57,514 nucleotides of DNA from Octopus bimaculoides (GCF_001194135.2 NC_068987.1:31646671-31704184), one strand, 5' to 3'. Counted from the stretch's first letter, positions 11,890 to 24,552 are shown. The notes: generated by a model from the sequence alone, not told the origin. Program-made: numbers and translations.

Positions 11890-11893
<4 letters not shown>
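10689..11893 (-). mobile_element. Penelope-like retroelement remnant (RT motif B to GIY-YIG)
   Basis: GVAMGTRMDPNFANLFVGYVE (motif B), DCIG after an eroded YIDD, FKPTDS..HIRRLCS thumb, CNVCNKLYVGQTSRWLADRFAEH (GIY-YIG); truncated at (AT)n, 3' end in gap. Confidence 0.9.

Positions 11894-11946
<53 letters not shown>
11894..11946. repeat. (AT)n microsatellite
   Basis: Seen directly. Confidence 0.95.
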
Positions 11947-11949
<3 letters not shown>

Positions 11950-12159
11950 AGTGTGGGGAATAAAAAATATGTATATACAAATTATAAAAATAAATAAAAA
12001 ATATACAGTACAGCATTGTTTCTACTTTTGGGATTTTCACCTATCGCGAGGTGTTTTGGAATGTAACACCCGCGATAGTCGAGGTGCCCTTAAAATATTT
12101 AGATAAATTGAGTGATTATATACTTACTGTTTATTAGAATACAGTTCATTTAATAGAAT

Positions 12160-13187
12160 AGATGCCTATTTGAAAACAGATGACCATTCTTGTCGAGGCA
12201 CTCCTAATAATGCGAAGCAATCAAAAATATTTAAAAACATTTCGTTCCGGCATTTGTGCGCATTCTCATTCTATGGCTACTCTCAATTCATGTAATGCTG
12301 CCAATTTTGGCCCGTTAACTTTATATCCTAAGAATCCTCATAAAAGTCTAGTGGTATAAGGTTAGGTAAACGTGGAAGGTATTCTACTGAATCTTCATCC
12401 AATTTACCTGCTGGACAAAATCTCATCAGCATAGGCTCTTACATTGACTATGGCAGTATCATGGAAATGAAAGCTCTACATTTTCAGTTCTCTTGAACGC
12501 TTGGTATGTCAAATTACTGTAGAATGTGCAAGGAAGTGTAACCACTCACAATACCACAAAAAATAAAGAATGAGCCTGTATATCCTTTTGATGATAAGTC
12601 GCACCACATTGTAGCTCCTGGTAAATTAACATGATGTTTCTCTTTAATATGCGGATTCTCAGGTCTCTAGTTGGTTCAACTGTGGCGGTTGAGTTATTGT
12701 GGCCTCATCAATCCAAACAGTCTTTGTTGGAAGGTGCTCATCTTCTACTACTCGAAAGACTGCTCTGGGAATGTAACTTTTCTAATGACACGCTTCAAAA
12801 TGTAATAAACACTAATTTTGAAATTCCCGTCTCACGCCTCGCGTACCGTACGCATTTTCTTGAACTCCAACAATACGTTTCTTGTAACTTTCCTCCTTCT
12901 GTGTGATGGCCTTCGACAACTTACCTTGTGGACATTACGAACAGTTCCATGTACTTGAAACTTATCTCGACTTCGAATGGTGAGAGGTCGTGTAGGTGGC
13001 GTGGCTTGAAACTCTCTCCTAAACTGTCTTTGCACTCCGACATCCAATAACATTGAAAGAACAAATATCCTTTGTTTAAATCTTCGTTTGGCTCCCTTCA
13101 TTGTTTTTAATGGGTTAAGCCTACGTGAAATGTAAACTGAGTTATCAGCTATTAAAAGTATAATTACATTTTTTGGTGGTTCCCTGT
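12160..13187 (-). mobile_element. Degenerate Tc1/mariner-superfamily transposon (rosa/DD41D-like, tentative)
   Basis: Minus strand: VWIDEAT, HVNLPGATMWCDLSSKG, PRLPNLIPLDF, CLDKNGHLF; TA-CAGGG terminus at 13187; other TIR not found. Confidence 0.75.
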
Positions 13188-13261
13188 ACATGCATGCACA
13201 CATAATAAATAAATAAATAGCTAGCTAGCTAGATAGATAGATACATACATACATGCAAAAC

Positions 13262-13966
13262 CTCCCATTTTGAAGGAACAGGAAATATCGACCAAATAAC
13301 TGATGCACAAAAAGGACAGAGATGCAGGAAAAGCAGCAAAATGTGACAACCGATGCAAACTTTGTGGAGTTAATACCGAAGATATCACCCACATCATAAG
13401 AATTGTTCGAAAATGTCATCACGATATTATCTACTGATGGGACATGATGTTGTAGCTAGGACACTGTATAACAAGATCGATCGGAAGGATAACCCCGAGT
13501 ACAAAGAAATAAGAACCCACAGTATGGTGGAAGACGTAGTCATTCATAATAAGGAGGAGTACTGGTGAAAACTTCAATAAAATGTAAACATAATAGACCT
13601 GACATGATGATTTGGGATATGGAAGAGAAACTGTACAATTGTGGAAATCAGCTGCCCAGCAGATGTTAACAGAAAGCTAAAGATCAGCGAAAATGAAAAT
13701 ACCTACGCTGAACTAATGAGAGATCTGCAGTTACTCTATCCAGATTACAAGTTCAGGTTTATACATGTAATCATTGGAGCACTGGGATATGTAATACACT
13801 ACCTAAATACCAGTATTAAGTAATGAGGCTTCTCAAAACCAGAAAGGAGAAAGCTGGTTCGAAGACTATAGCTCCAATCCATGACTGGAACTGTAAAAAT
13901 CTGTAAAACTTTCCAGGAGTTTATCATTTAAGTATATATAAGCATGTCTAGATATTCAACTATATG
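13262..13966 (+). mobile_element. R4/Dong-type (RLE) LINE 3' fragment
   Basis: C-x2-C-x8-H-x4-C knuckle (CKLCGVNTEDITHII..C, one frameshift), HDVVAR, HNRPD..VEISCP..IIGALG (PD-(D/E)xK nuclease). Confidence 0.85.
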
Positions 13967-13979
13967 TACGAGGAAGCAT

Positions 13980-14594
13980 TTGTTGTTGGCACTCCGTCGC
14001 TTACGACGTTGAGGGTTCCAGTTGATCCGATCAACGGAACAGCCTGCTCGTGAAATTAACGTGCAAGTGGCTGAGCACTCCACAGACACGTGTACCCATA
14101 ACGTAGTTCTCGGGAATATTCAGCGTGACACAGTGTGACAAGGCTGACCCTTTGAATTACAGGCACAACTGAAACAGGAAGTAAGAGTGAGAGAAAGTTG
14201 TGGTGAAAGAGTAGAGCAGGGTTCGCCACCATCNNNNNNNNNNGTTCCAGTTGATCCGATCAACGGAACAGCCTGCTCGTGAAATTAACGTGCAAGTGGC
14301 TGAGCACTCCACAGACACGTGTACCCATAACGTAGTTCTCGGGAATATTCAGCGTGACACAGTGTGACAAGGCTGACCCTTTGAATTACAGGCACAACTG
14401 AAACAGGAAGTAAGAGTGAGAGAAAGTTGTGGTGAAAGAGTAGAGCAGGGTTCGCCACCATCCCCTGCCGGAGCCTCGTGGAGCTTGAGGTGTTTTCGCT
14501 CAATAAACACTCACAACGCCCGGTCTGGGATTCGAAACCGCGATCCTATGACCGCGAGTCCGCTGCCCTAACCAATGGGCCATTGCACCTCCAC
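13980..14594 (-). mobile_element. SINE family C with 13-bp TSD (inflated by an artefactual 219-bp duplication)
   Basis: tRNA-like head (TGGCCCATTGG / GGTTTCGAATCCC) at 14520-14594; TACGAGGAAGCAT at 13967-13979 and 14595-14607. Confidence 0.92.
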
Positions 14595-14849
14595 TACGAG
14601 GAAGCATACATAAAACAAGACATACAAATCTGCGCATATACATACACAAATACCCTGTTGATGTTGAAATTCCAATGAAGGACCCTTGGATCTAGATTAG
14701 AAACCGTGCTTTTATTGATAAGAAATCTTGAAATAAAACTGAATAATGACATACATACATTGTAAGTATGTATGCTTGCATGCATGTATGTATGTATGCA
14801 TGTATGTATGTAAGTATGTATGTATGTTTGTATGTATACGTATGGACGG

Positions 14850-15030
14850 GTGGATCGTCATAGTCTGGCGGTGACGATTCAGTTGTTTGATCAACTGGCT
14901 TGCTCTTTGAATCAACGTTTAAGTAGCAGAGCATTCCAAAGACAGGTCTACTTTTACCGTAATTCCCAAATAAGCGTGATACAACGTGTGACAAAGCTGC
15001 ACATTTTCAAGTACGGGCATGATCCACTCA
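14850..15030 (-). mobile_element. Degenerate SINE family C body
   Basis: Gapped similarity to 13995-14170. Confidence 0.6.
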
Positions 15031-15119
15031 AGAAGCTTCTATGTAGTTTCCCTGTAGCTAATTTCACTCATAACGCTGGATGGATCTGACACTTTATATG
15101 AAATTTGGTCATGCTACAT

Positions 15120-15170
15120 AGTAGTATTGAACCTGGATTCTTTTGGTTGCACCAACACACACAAACACTT

Positions 15171-15201
<31 letters not shown>

Positions 15202-15306
15202 TGCACATACGTGCGCGCATACACACACGCTCACGCACACACGAGCGTATACTGAATCCGGATTATCGTGGTTGCATTGCGAAGTTCTTAACCATTCGGT
15301 AATATT

Positions 15307-15361
<55 letters not shown>

Positions 15362-15709
15362 NNNNNNNNNNNNNNNNNNNNNNNNNNNNNNNNNNNNNNN
15401 NNNNNNNNNNNNNNNNNNNNNNNNNNNNNNNNNNNNNNNNNNNNNNNNNNNNNNNNNNNNNNNNNNNNNNNNNNNNNNNNNNNNNNNNNNNNNNNNNNNN
15501 NNNNNNNNNNNNNNNNNNNNNNNNNNNNNNNNNNNNNNNNNNNNNNNNNNNNNNNNNNNNNNNNNNNNNNNNNNNNNNNNNNNNNNNNNNNNNNNNNNNN
15601 NNNNNNNNNNNNNNNNNNNNNNNNNNNNNNNNNNNNNNNNNNNNNNNNNNNNNNNNNNNNNNNNNNNNNNNNNNNNNNNNNNNNNNNNNNNNNNNNNNNN
15701 NNNNNNNNN

Positions 15710-15767
<58 letters not shown>

Positions 15768-15910
15768 AAACACACACACACTCACACACACACATGAAAA
15801 CACACAAGCGCGCGCACACACACGCGCTTGTACACACACGAGCGTGTATTGGACTCGGATTCTCGTAGTTGCATCGCGAAGTTCTTAATCATTCGGTAAT
15901 ATTGCACCAA
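15120..15910 (-). repeat. Array of about 70-bp SINE-head-like units separated by (CA)n
   Basis: 15241-15310 vs 15838-15907 are 60/70 identical; an internally deleted third unit lies at 15120-15160. Confidence 0.75.
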
Positions 15911-16929
15911 CACATACACAAACACACGCATACACACGCACAAATGCACACATTCATACATGTATATCATATGTGTATCTGTTTTTGTGTACGTGAGGGA
16001 TGATACTAAGTGCTGTTGTAGATGTTTATAATGATAAAGCGTTTTAGAATATATTCTGTATACTTTTGCGAAAAATGTGAAGCAAGCAAGTAATAGTATT
16101 CTTACGATGCACACTTCTTATATATTTACTTAACGCGCCACTGTATCACATAAGTAAACACACACAGACGTATCCACAGATATGTGCACACACAAAAATG
16201 CACGTACAAATATGCACACACAGAAATGAACCATAATAACAGATGTTATTCACATTTATAGAATCAATATTTCAATGAATACCGAGAAATCCATAACAGT
16301 ATAGTCTTATCTAGACGAATACAACACAACTATAAAATTATATGAAGTTTATTCATACTGTTCTGGAAAATCATGCCTACGTGCCTTAAAACGTCTCTTT
16401 TGAATCACTCAAGTTTACTACATCATGTACGCATGTTTTAGATATAATTCAGAATTGCTATAAATTTTCTTCAGGGAAATATCTGTTGTTGCTAGTATCT
16501 CACAGTTCAAAGTTTTCCCAACTTGTACAAATGTCAGGTTTTGTTTTTCGCTGCAAAGAAGTCACAGAAAGAATACTTTGCAATAGTTTGCTAATGCAAA
16601 TACTTCTCGCGGATGTTTGGGATAAAGATAATCAGTGATTTTCCGAAGTATTTTTATCATTTCAATATGTAAAATACATATTTTTTTTTTTACTTATACT
16701 CAACTATACAATCTAGAAACTAAGCTCTGTAATAGATGTTTACTTCTCAAACAAGCTGTATATATGTAGATAACAACTTCGTGTTTTCTTTTTGTCAATT
16801 TATTTTTAGTAAAATTAAATGTGTAGAAATGCAAGTTAAGCTTAAGATTAAGCTCTCCATCTTGCCCATTTAGTAAACGATTAACATTACATCTCACGAA
16901 TATTATCATAATTATCATATTATTATGTT

Positions 16930-17086
16930 AAAGGCAGCGAGCTGATAAAATTGTTAGCACGCCGGGCAAAATGCTCAGCGATATTTCGTCCCTCTTTATG
17001 TTCTGAGTTCAAACTCCATCGAGGTCGTCTCTAACATACATCCTTTCAGGGTCGAAATTGCTGGTCTTGTGTCAGAATTTGAAACC
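16930..17086 (+). mobile_element. SINE family B, internally deleted
   Basis: Head and GAAATTGCTGG..TTTGAAACC tail retained; middle missing. Confidence 0.8.
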
Positions 17087-17101
17087 ATTATTATTACGTT
17101 A

Positions 17102-17315
17102 CAGCCGGTGAGATGGCAGAATTGTTGACATGCCGGGCAAAATACGAAGCAGCATTTCGTCCCACTTTACGCTCTGAGTTCAAATTCCGCCGATGTCCAC
17201 TTTGACTTTCATCCTTTCGTGGCTCGATAAAATAAATACCAGTTGAGTACTAGGATCAATGCAATCAATTTACCCCTATCCCGAAATTGCTGGCTTTGTG
17301 CCAAAATTTGAAACC
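17102..17315 (+). mobile_element. SINE family B, second unit of a tandem dimer
   Basis: Full-length similarity to the rc of 21528-21741; (ATT)-like spacer. Confidence 0.85.
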
Positions 17316-18714
17316 AATATTATTACTACGTCCCTTCTAAATAGCTGTTGGTTATAATATTGCTCAATGCCAGTTCTTATCGAGCAGACCTCTGATATGA
17401 ATTTTGGCATAATTGTTCTAAACTCTGATACTCAACATTTTCAGTGTCCAGTATAATTGTCTTAAAAACCGATGACCACACAGACGGCACTAAGATTAGA
17501 TGCATAAAAAGATGGACAACAGGATAAATAGAGAAGTGTCTGAAAAAAAGAGTGGAAGCAGCAAATATTTGCTTCTTGTGACATGTTATCGGGCAATGGA
17601 CTTGATGTTCTTCTCTGAAGAGCTACTCCCCCGCCTCGATAAAGAGCGAGAAATTCATGCTAATTTATTCGTATATGAATTGGTGAGTGGTGAAAGTGAA
17701 GGTGACAGATGTGCTGTAAGAAGTAGCTATCGGGTTCCTATTGGTAGCAGTTTTGTGTAAGAGGTGGAAGATATGTGACTCCTGAAGATGCTAGGAGAAC
17801 TAGTCGAGGCTCCTGATCCAAAAGGATCTCAAAAGATCAAAATTTTGACCTGCCTCAGCTACTAAACAGCACCCGACTGTTTGTAGCGGTGGAAGGGAGA
17901 TGGGCCAGATACTGCACATGTGGTGCCACGCCGTTCATCCCACCATTCACTGTTCTTGATAATCACAGTCACATCAACAATGATAACACCAACGATAACA
18001 CAATAGCAACAACCACAATAGCAACAGTATCAACTACAGCATTTATAGCAATAACTGCAACAGAAACCACCAAAACAACAATGGGAACAGAAACAACAGC
18101 ACAGAAGGACAGTTCTGTGGCCACCACTACAGTCAAGAGAAGCTTTTACTCGTCTAAAATCCTACCATAACAGAGACACAAGCAAGTACGAACTTATTTA
18201 TACATATATGCTTCTGCCCCAAGTGGATCCTGCACCAATACTTTGTCGATACACCGATGTAGTCAAGATGAGCTCACCTGATGTCGGGGTGAAGAGAAAA
18301 TAGAAACGGAAAAAAGTTCTCCGAACCTGAAAAACAGAAACTTCATTAATGCCGCTGAGTTCCCTTCAAATAGCTTCACTCACGAGTGGGTGGTTCACAC
18401 CTATCATCTTTCCATTATTCAAATAGTATAATCATATTTTAATTTTTATGCGTTTTTTGTATTTTTATACATGTGTGCTTTTATCCTTATCAAATGTTTA
18501 GTGTTTATTGCTTAACGTTCTTATTCCTTCGTTTTTACATAACTTTGCCTTGTTTATTCTTACAAGTTTTTATAATATTCATGTTTTAGCGTTGTATTTG
18601 AAATAAATTCCAGGTGATAAAAGTTAATAAACTCCTGTCTCTTAGTTCTTCAGCGAATGCCAGTAAGTAGTTCATATGGTAAATAAAGGATAGCATATTT
18701 GTTTAAAAGCCCTC

Positions 18715-18815
18715 TATGTTCTGAGTTCAAATCTTGTTGAGCTCAGTTTTGCCTTTCATTCTTTTGGAGTTGAAGTTGATAAAATAAAGTACTCGTAAAA
18801 TATTCGGTCGATGTA
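18715..18815 (+). mobile_element. Degenerate SINE family B fragment
   Basis: GTTCTGAGTTCAAAT..TTTGCCTTTCAT..GATAAAATAAAGTAC. Confidence 0.65.
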
Positions 18816-21054
18816 TATCCCTATAATGCATCATAGTTATGAATGGAACTCAAGGAGAAGTGTAAGGCATTTTTCTCATAAGAATAGTAAAGACATATTT
18901 TGAATGAGACAAGTAAATTGTCTCAACCAACCATTCAAATCTTTGAATGACCTTTCATTGTAAAGCACGAATCACCCACCCAAACACCCCCCACACGCAC
19001 ACACACGCACACGCGCGCACGCATATAGGTTGTACAGAAAATTTAAATGTAAACGCATGTAAGTTCATATTAAGATTAACATGATTATTTTTATGTCGTT
19101 ATCGTTAAAATTCGAATAACATATTTATTTAATGATTTAATCGCCTGAATACACAAATAAATTATTTCTTTCGACGAACTTAAAGTCTTGCTTTAAAACA
19201 TGCTGCTTATTTTAAAATTATTTACGAAAAATTAAAAACCGCAACTAATAATTATTGTAAAACTGCAGCAAATTTTACAATACTATTTAGCCTTGGGCCC
19301 CTGGGTTGGAAAATCCTAAAAAATCCATTATATGAATATAATATAATTTTCGCCCTGAAGGGCGGGATATATATATTTTAATTAAAGATAAAAAAGGTTT
19401 GAAATGTGTTTAATGAAATTATAACTGTAATATGGAAAAAAAGCAGCGAATAAAAGAAATGAATAAATTTGATACAATAAAAAGAAAAAAATATGTAAGA
19501 ACGTGACTTAATTTTAAAATATTAGCTAAGAGATGTTTAATTATATATTTGCTTCGATGTGATTTCAGCTAACTGTCTACATATTTTAATTTAAAAAGTG
19601 CTTGTAGCTCAAAAATTATGGATCCAACAATGAAAGCTATATGTATACTACTTTTTAAGATCTTTTATCTTATCATCATCATTATCCTCGTTTCCTATCT
19701 GTCACAATCATTATCAATAATATTATTGCTTTCCGTCTGAGTATTGTCTTGTTTGGTTATTCAGGAGTTTTGTTCCAACAGAAGTTTTGTTGTCGCTTAT
19801 TTGTGGTTTATTTGGTTGCGGAAGTGATCAGAAACGGTGGGAGTTGGTCAGCTCCTTGTCGGAGTTGCTAACGGATCGAATTCATGGCTCAAAATTTTCG
19901 AGCAGCCGTCTTTAAACTGCTGTTTGCAAAAAGTACCACAACAACGAAAGAGGTCGGCATAGAAGAGAGGCGATTGAGAGAGGATGACAATGAGAGTAAG
20001 AAGGATATGAACTTAGAAGAACCACCCCTTCGCTGTACCGATAGAAATGGAGGAAAGAACGGCTAATGTAACTATGCAGACGATTGTTACAGCTGTGGCA
20101 GTGGAGACAAGGTTGACTGTGGAAAACATGTGACAGAGTTAATAGCAACACACTCACCGCTGCTTTTACCACCTCAACCCCCACCAAACAACGACTATTG
20201 TCATCACATATAACAACAATCCGCACTAAGAGCAGCACCTGCAACAACAGCAATAAAAGCGAAGGAAAAAATCCGTGAAGGCTGAAACAGTTGCAGCAGC
20301 AGCAGCAACAGTAGTCTACTCTGTCATAATTGCCTCCACCAACCTTGAGAACCTTTCGCTATCGCCATTACGGCCACCATTGTAGCAAACCGCGCCATTA
20401 TCGCAGTTACCAGCAACAAGATAACTCGATCTCATGGAAATAATCAACTGAATCATACGCCTGTTTTTTATGTTTTTTTTTTAAATGAGGGCGGGACAAA
20501 GAATCAGGCAGAGATGATGGATTATATCCTATACATTAGTTCTGCAATAAAAGAATTGCCGCTATGCGAGGGTTATAGACAATGATATTGACAATGACAT
20601 TAACTTTTGGTTCGTTGACAACTTCGTATCACAGTTTAGTCAGGTTGTGAGTTCTGAGGCAGCCAGAAATGACATGTGATCATGTAGGGGTTTCAATGAT
20701 CATATTTAATGACCCACGCCATTGTAGCAAAATGATGAGGTAACACTACTGGCAGAGATGCTGCTACTTGGTATCAGTTTTGAAGATTGAGGACGAGTCT
20801 TTTCATTATTATTGTTGTTGCAGCCAGTGGTGCGATTGGCGAGGCTGTTGATCAGGATCTTCTAAAATCTTCAGTTGTTGTTGTCGGTTCTGCTGCTCTC
20901 CCCTCATCCGCCTCTCAGTTTCTTCCAAACTAAAAGTCCTGAAATAGCCCTTACTTCCACACCGTATAACAGCTAGGCCTTCTGCATTGCACCATCATTT
21001 GCATCGCCTTTTTTGCTGTACCTATGACGGTGATAAAGGTGATACTCAGCTATG

Positions 21055-21144
21055 ACCTTCTTCTTCTTCTTCGTCACCTTCTTCTTCTTCTTCGTCACCT
21101 TCTTCTTCTTCGTCACCTTCTTCTTCTTCGTCACCTTCTTCTTC
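21055..21144. repeat. 18/21-bp minisatellite ACC(TTC)4-5GTC
   Basis: Units of 21, 21, 18 and 18 bp plus a partial unit. Confidence 0.92.
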
Positions 21145-21245
21145 TTTCGGGGTCGATAAAATAAGTAACAGTTAAGCACTGGGGTCGTTGTAATCGAGTA
21201 GTTCCCTCTCCCAAATTGCAGACCTTGTACCTATAATAGAGAGGA
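21145..21245 (+). mobile_element. SINE family B, 3' half
   Basis: TTTCGGGGTCGATAAAATAAG..CTGGGGTCG..CCTTGTACCTATA. Confidence 0.85.
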
Positions 21246-21527
21246 TTTATTATTACTAAATTTATCTAAACAGATTTTCTACAGAATTTAGAGCTAGCAT
21301 CGAAAGTTACGATGTTTCGTATATTTCTATGTAAACAATGCGATCGAAATAGAATAATAGGTGATACGCATATTTCAGGAGTTATAGCTTTTTCTGCAAT
21401 ACCACACCCAAGCCATTAATAATCCATGAATACATTGCTTAAATACCTACTAAGTTTAGCGGTGTAACACTACTGGCGAAACCAATTTACATATTAAACA
21501 CATTTCTGGCGATTAGCACATACATGT

Positions 21528-21741
21528 TGGTTTCAAATTTTGGCACAAGGCCAGCAAGTTTGGGGAAGGGAGTAAGTCGATTACATCGACCCCAGTGCTC
21601 TGCTGGTATTCATTTTATCGATCCTGAAAAGATGAAAGGTTAAGTCGCCCTCAGCGGAATTTGAACTCAGAATGTAAAGACGGATGAAATTCCGCTAAGC
21701 ATTCTGCCAGCGTGCTGACGATTCTGTCGGCTCGCTGCCTT
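21528..21741 (-). mobile_element. SINE family B, full length
   Basis: Reverse complement matches 9185 and 17102 copies. Confidence 0.9.
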
Positions 21742-22534
21742 AACTGGTACATACATATTAATTGCTGGTAGGGACACCGTATGTCGTCTTGCAACCATAA
21801 TTTACTATTAAGTATATTAAAGATTTATAAGTCAGTACTGTGTCCAACATTTGTGTTAGGAGTGAGTCGTTTTCATTTTAAAGACTTTCTATAGAATTTA
21901 AAGCAAATATGATGTTTTGCATTTATGAAACTTTCGCCCCATCGGGCTTAGAAATAGCAGCTGCATCTCTTTCAAATGACTTCGTCTTAAAAATGGAAGG
22001 AGATATTGGATAATGTACTCATGGATACACTATTATTACTAGAAAAAAGACGAGACGGTCACACTGGAATATCTTGTGCTACATGTCTGCTCGGTCTGGT
22101 TTGTCATGGGGTAAATAACAACACTTTTGGCCTTGCGATGAAGAGATCGACGCATTTGTGTGTTATAATACGATAGCAAAGTTCAAATTGCCTTCAGGCA
22201 AACTGAACGAAAAATTAACTAGAAAAAAATTTAATGAATAAATAATAAAGAGAAACAGAAACTAAAATAATTAACAAAGAAACACAAAGTAAAAAAAAAA
22301 AAATTTCAACTTCAAATCAGAAATGTCTGAAAAAAAAAACAAACAAAAATGTAACAATAAAAAAATGCAAGATTTACAATTGAAGGAATGAAAAGAAGCA
22401 GTAGTTCCTTAATCATATGAAATCTTTCGTCTGAATATAAATGATTCTCAACACTAATCTGCAATTTATTCCCTCAAAAGAAGATTGTAAATTTAATCGG
22501 ATTGTAGCAATTGGTCCTCCTTCTCCCCATACCT

Positions 22535-22575
22535 CTTCTTCTTCTTCTTCTTCTTCTTCTTCTTCTTCTTCTTCT
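22535..22575. repeat. (TTC)n microsatellite
   Basis: Seen directly. Confidence 0.95.
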
Positions 22576-22814
22576 TTCCTGCTTTGTTAACGGATTTATT
22601 CACAAATAGTCGCCACTATATGGTTAATAACTGTACTGCCTATATAGCATTAAAATTAAGAATAATAAAAGAAGAATAATGTTTTCTGTAATTTCATTGT
22701 AATTACGTCCATTTTCATAGTGTACTTAAATAGTTAGAAAGGTTCTTTTTATATAAAGTTTAGATGAGAAAATTTACAGAATTAACAAGAAATTGTTAAT
22801 GGTGTAAAAAAATG

Positions 22815-22975
22815 GTTTAACCTACATGGAGTGGGGGTAGATGTTTTCAAGAAGCACCTTGACCTTCTGCTGTCCAAGATCCCAGATGAACCTACATCAC
22901 AGCAAGAAACTCAAATGAGAGCAGCAATATCAAACTCCCTCCATCACCAAAAGCTAACTACAATGACCATGGGAA
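22815..22975 (+). mobile_element. CR1/L2-group LINE, ORF2 C-terminal tip
   Basis: GVDVFKKHLDLLLSKIPDEP..RAAISNSLHHQ resembles the FK..LD..L..IPDEP..A.SNS C-terminus of such elements. Confidence 0.6.
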
Positions 22976-23272
22976 AGGTGAAGATAGTGTCGGTGTCTCA
23001 ATATGACTACAGCCTGTGGACTGAAATGAACAAAAGAATAAAAGTAGAAGGTGCGGTGTCAATTGTGGGCTAGGATAAACACCAACTATTTGGTCGCTTC
23101 GTACATTTAGTGGCAGTCAGTTAGTTCAAGCATTCACAAAAAACATGCAAGACACCTACAGAACATTTGAAGCTGTTTCAGGGTGTGAATCTACAGCTTC
23201 AATCTCACTAATAGCTTACAGGGTCTGCAAGTTGATGAGTGCTGTCGTTAGTCACACTCAACCATTAATATG

Positions 23273-23741
23273 TCAGGTCATCCCATAAATTCTGTCCGAT
23301 CTTACCTTTTTTAAAATTGAATGAAATTTAATAGTATTTAGTGAATCGAAAAGGAGTATTGTTTCATCAGGACAATGTGCGACTCCACACTGTAAAGATC
23401 ACATCACAGAAGATCGATGAGCTTGGTTAGGAAAAAATTCCTCATCCACCTTATTCTCCCGACCTTGCTCCTTCAGACTACCATTTGTTTCGTAGTTTAC
23501 AGAATCATTTGGGGGACATAACTTTTGCAAGCCAGGAGAGGTCGAAACTGACATTTCAGAGTTATTCGCTTTGAAACCAAAAGAGTTTTACATTGATGGG
23601 ATTAAAAAGCTTGTAAATAGATGGAAGGAAGTCATAGATATTCAGGGAAAGTACATTGATGATTAAATTTCAATTAAATATAACATTTGATCACTTGTTT
23701 TCTTTATTCAAAATTCGGACAGAACTTATGGGGTGACCTGA
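23273..23741 (+). mobile_element. Non-autonomous mariner deletion derivative (469 bp)
   Basis: 27-bp TIRs at 23273-23299 and 23715-23741 (25/27), TA on the right; FHQDN..H..HPPYSPDLAPSDYHLF..RWKEVIDIQGKY. Confidence 0.92.
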
Positions 23742-24131
23742 TAGCTGCTGCAATTCACTTCAGTCTTTCGACCTCTTCCTCACACTGCTAAGCTCATTAT
23801 AGTTTTAATCAGAGACACTCCAGCCATAACACTTCCATCTCTATTACAGGCAACGTGTACCTTAGGTTTCATTAGTAAATTCCAGTTGACGGATATTTGG
23901 CTGCTTTTTCTGGAAGGATTTCTGATAATGTAGAGACTTTCTTGTTGGTTTCAAAGGAATGGAGATTGATGTGATGTCGTAGAGGGGGTGGATGGCGTCA
24001 AGTGAGGTTTATTGGTTGGTGAAGAATTGACAAGAACCGATGTAGTAAGCCTATATGAGAGAGAGAAAGAGAGAGAGGGAGAGGGAAAGGGAGAGAGGGA
24101 GAGTGTTTGCGAGTGTGTGAGTGTGTGTATC

Positions 24132-24170
<39 letters not shown>

Positions 24171-24317
24171 CTACTTAGTCCTAGATTTGTAATTGATACT
24201 TTAATGAAAGTCTTCGGTAACTATTCAGAGCTGAAATAATTGCTTACCTTTTTCAGGTGTACAATGAGAGATTCAACCTTTTTGAATAAACCAGGGAATA
24301 TTCTAAGGAGTGGTTCT

Positions 24318-24374
<57 letters not shown>

Positions 24375-24407
24375 TGTGCATGTATACATGTATATACGTA
24401 TATGTAC

Positions 24408-24552
24408 GGCACATGGATTAGTGTTTAGGGTGTTGCACTCATGATCGTAAGATTGTGCTTTCGATTCCTGGTCCAGGCGATGCGTTGTGTTCTTGAGCAA
24501 AACACATCATTTCACTTTGCTCCAATCCACTTACCTGGCAAAAATGAGTAAT
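24408..24552 (+). mobile_element. tRNA-derived SINE head + CORE-like segment (family C related)
   Basis: TTCGATTCC B-box; GTTGTGTTCTTGAGCAAAACAC..GCTCCAATCCAC..AAAATGAGTA also present at 42345-42420. Confidence 0.7.

Noticed and set aside
14015-14462. Perfect 219-bp direct repeat inside the family C SINE
   Set aside because: 14015-14233 and 14244-14462 are identical and separated by exactly 10 N, typical of unmerged overlapping contig ends.
14520-14594. tRNA gene calls for A/B-box sequences (all SINE heads)
   Set aside because: They lack a complete cloverleaf and continue into shared SINE bodies.
17782-17810. Hammerhead-like CTGAAGA-stem II (CTAG/CTAG)-GAGG
   Set aside because: GAAA is replaced by GAGG, and no stem I partner is found nearby.
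17889-18170. Thr-rich mucin-like ORF, and similar Ser/Asn-rich ORFs at 19884-20253 and 51548-51982
   Set aside because: Decayed (AAC)/(AGC)/(TAC) repeats; short, with no convincing exon boundaries.
20973-21179. Lys-rich (KKKKVT)n ORF resembling a basic nuclear protein
   Set aside because: It is the reverse translation of the ACC(TTC)nGTC minisatellite joined to a SINE.
23770-24050. Possible additional L2-like LINE fragment on the minus strand
   Set aside because: Peptide resemblance is too weak to support without a profile search.
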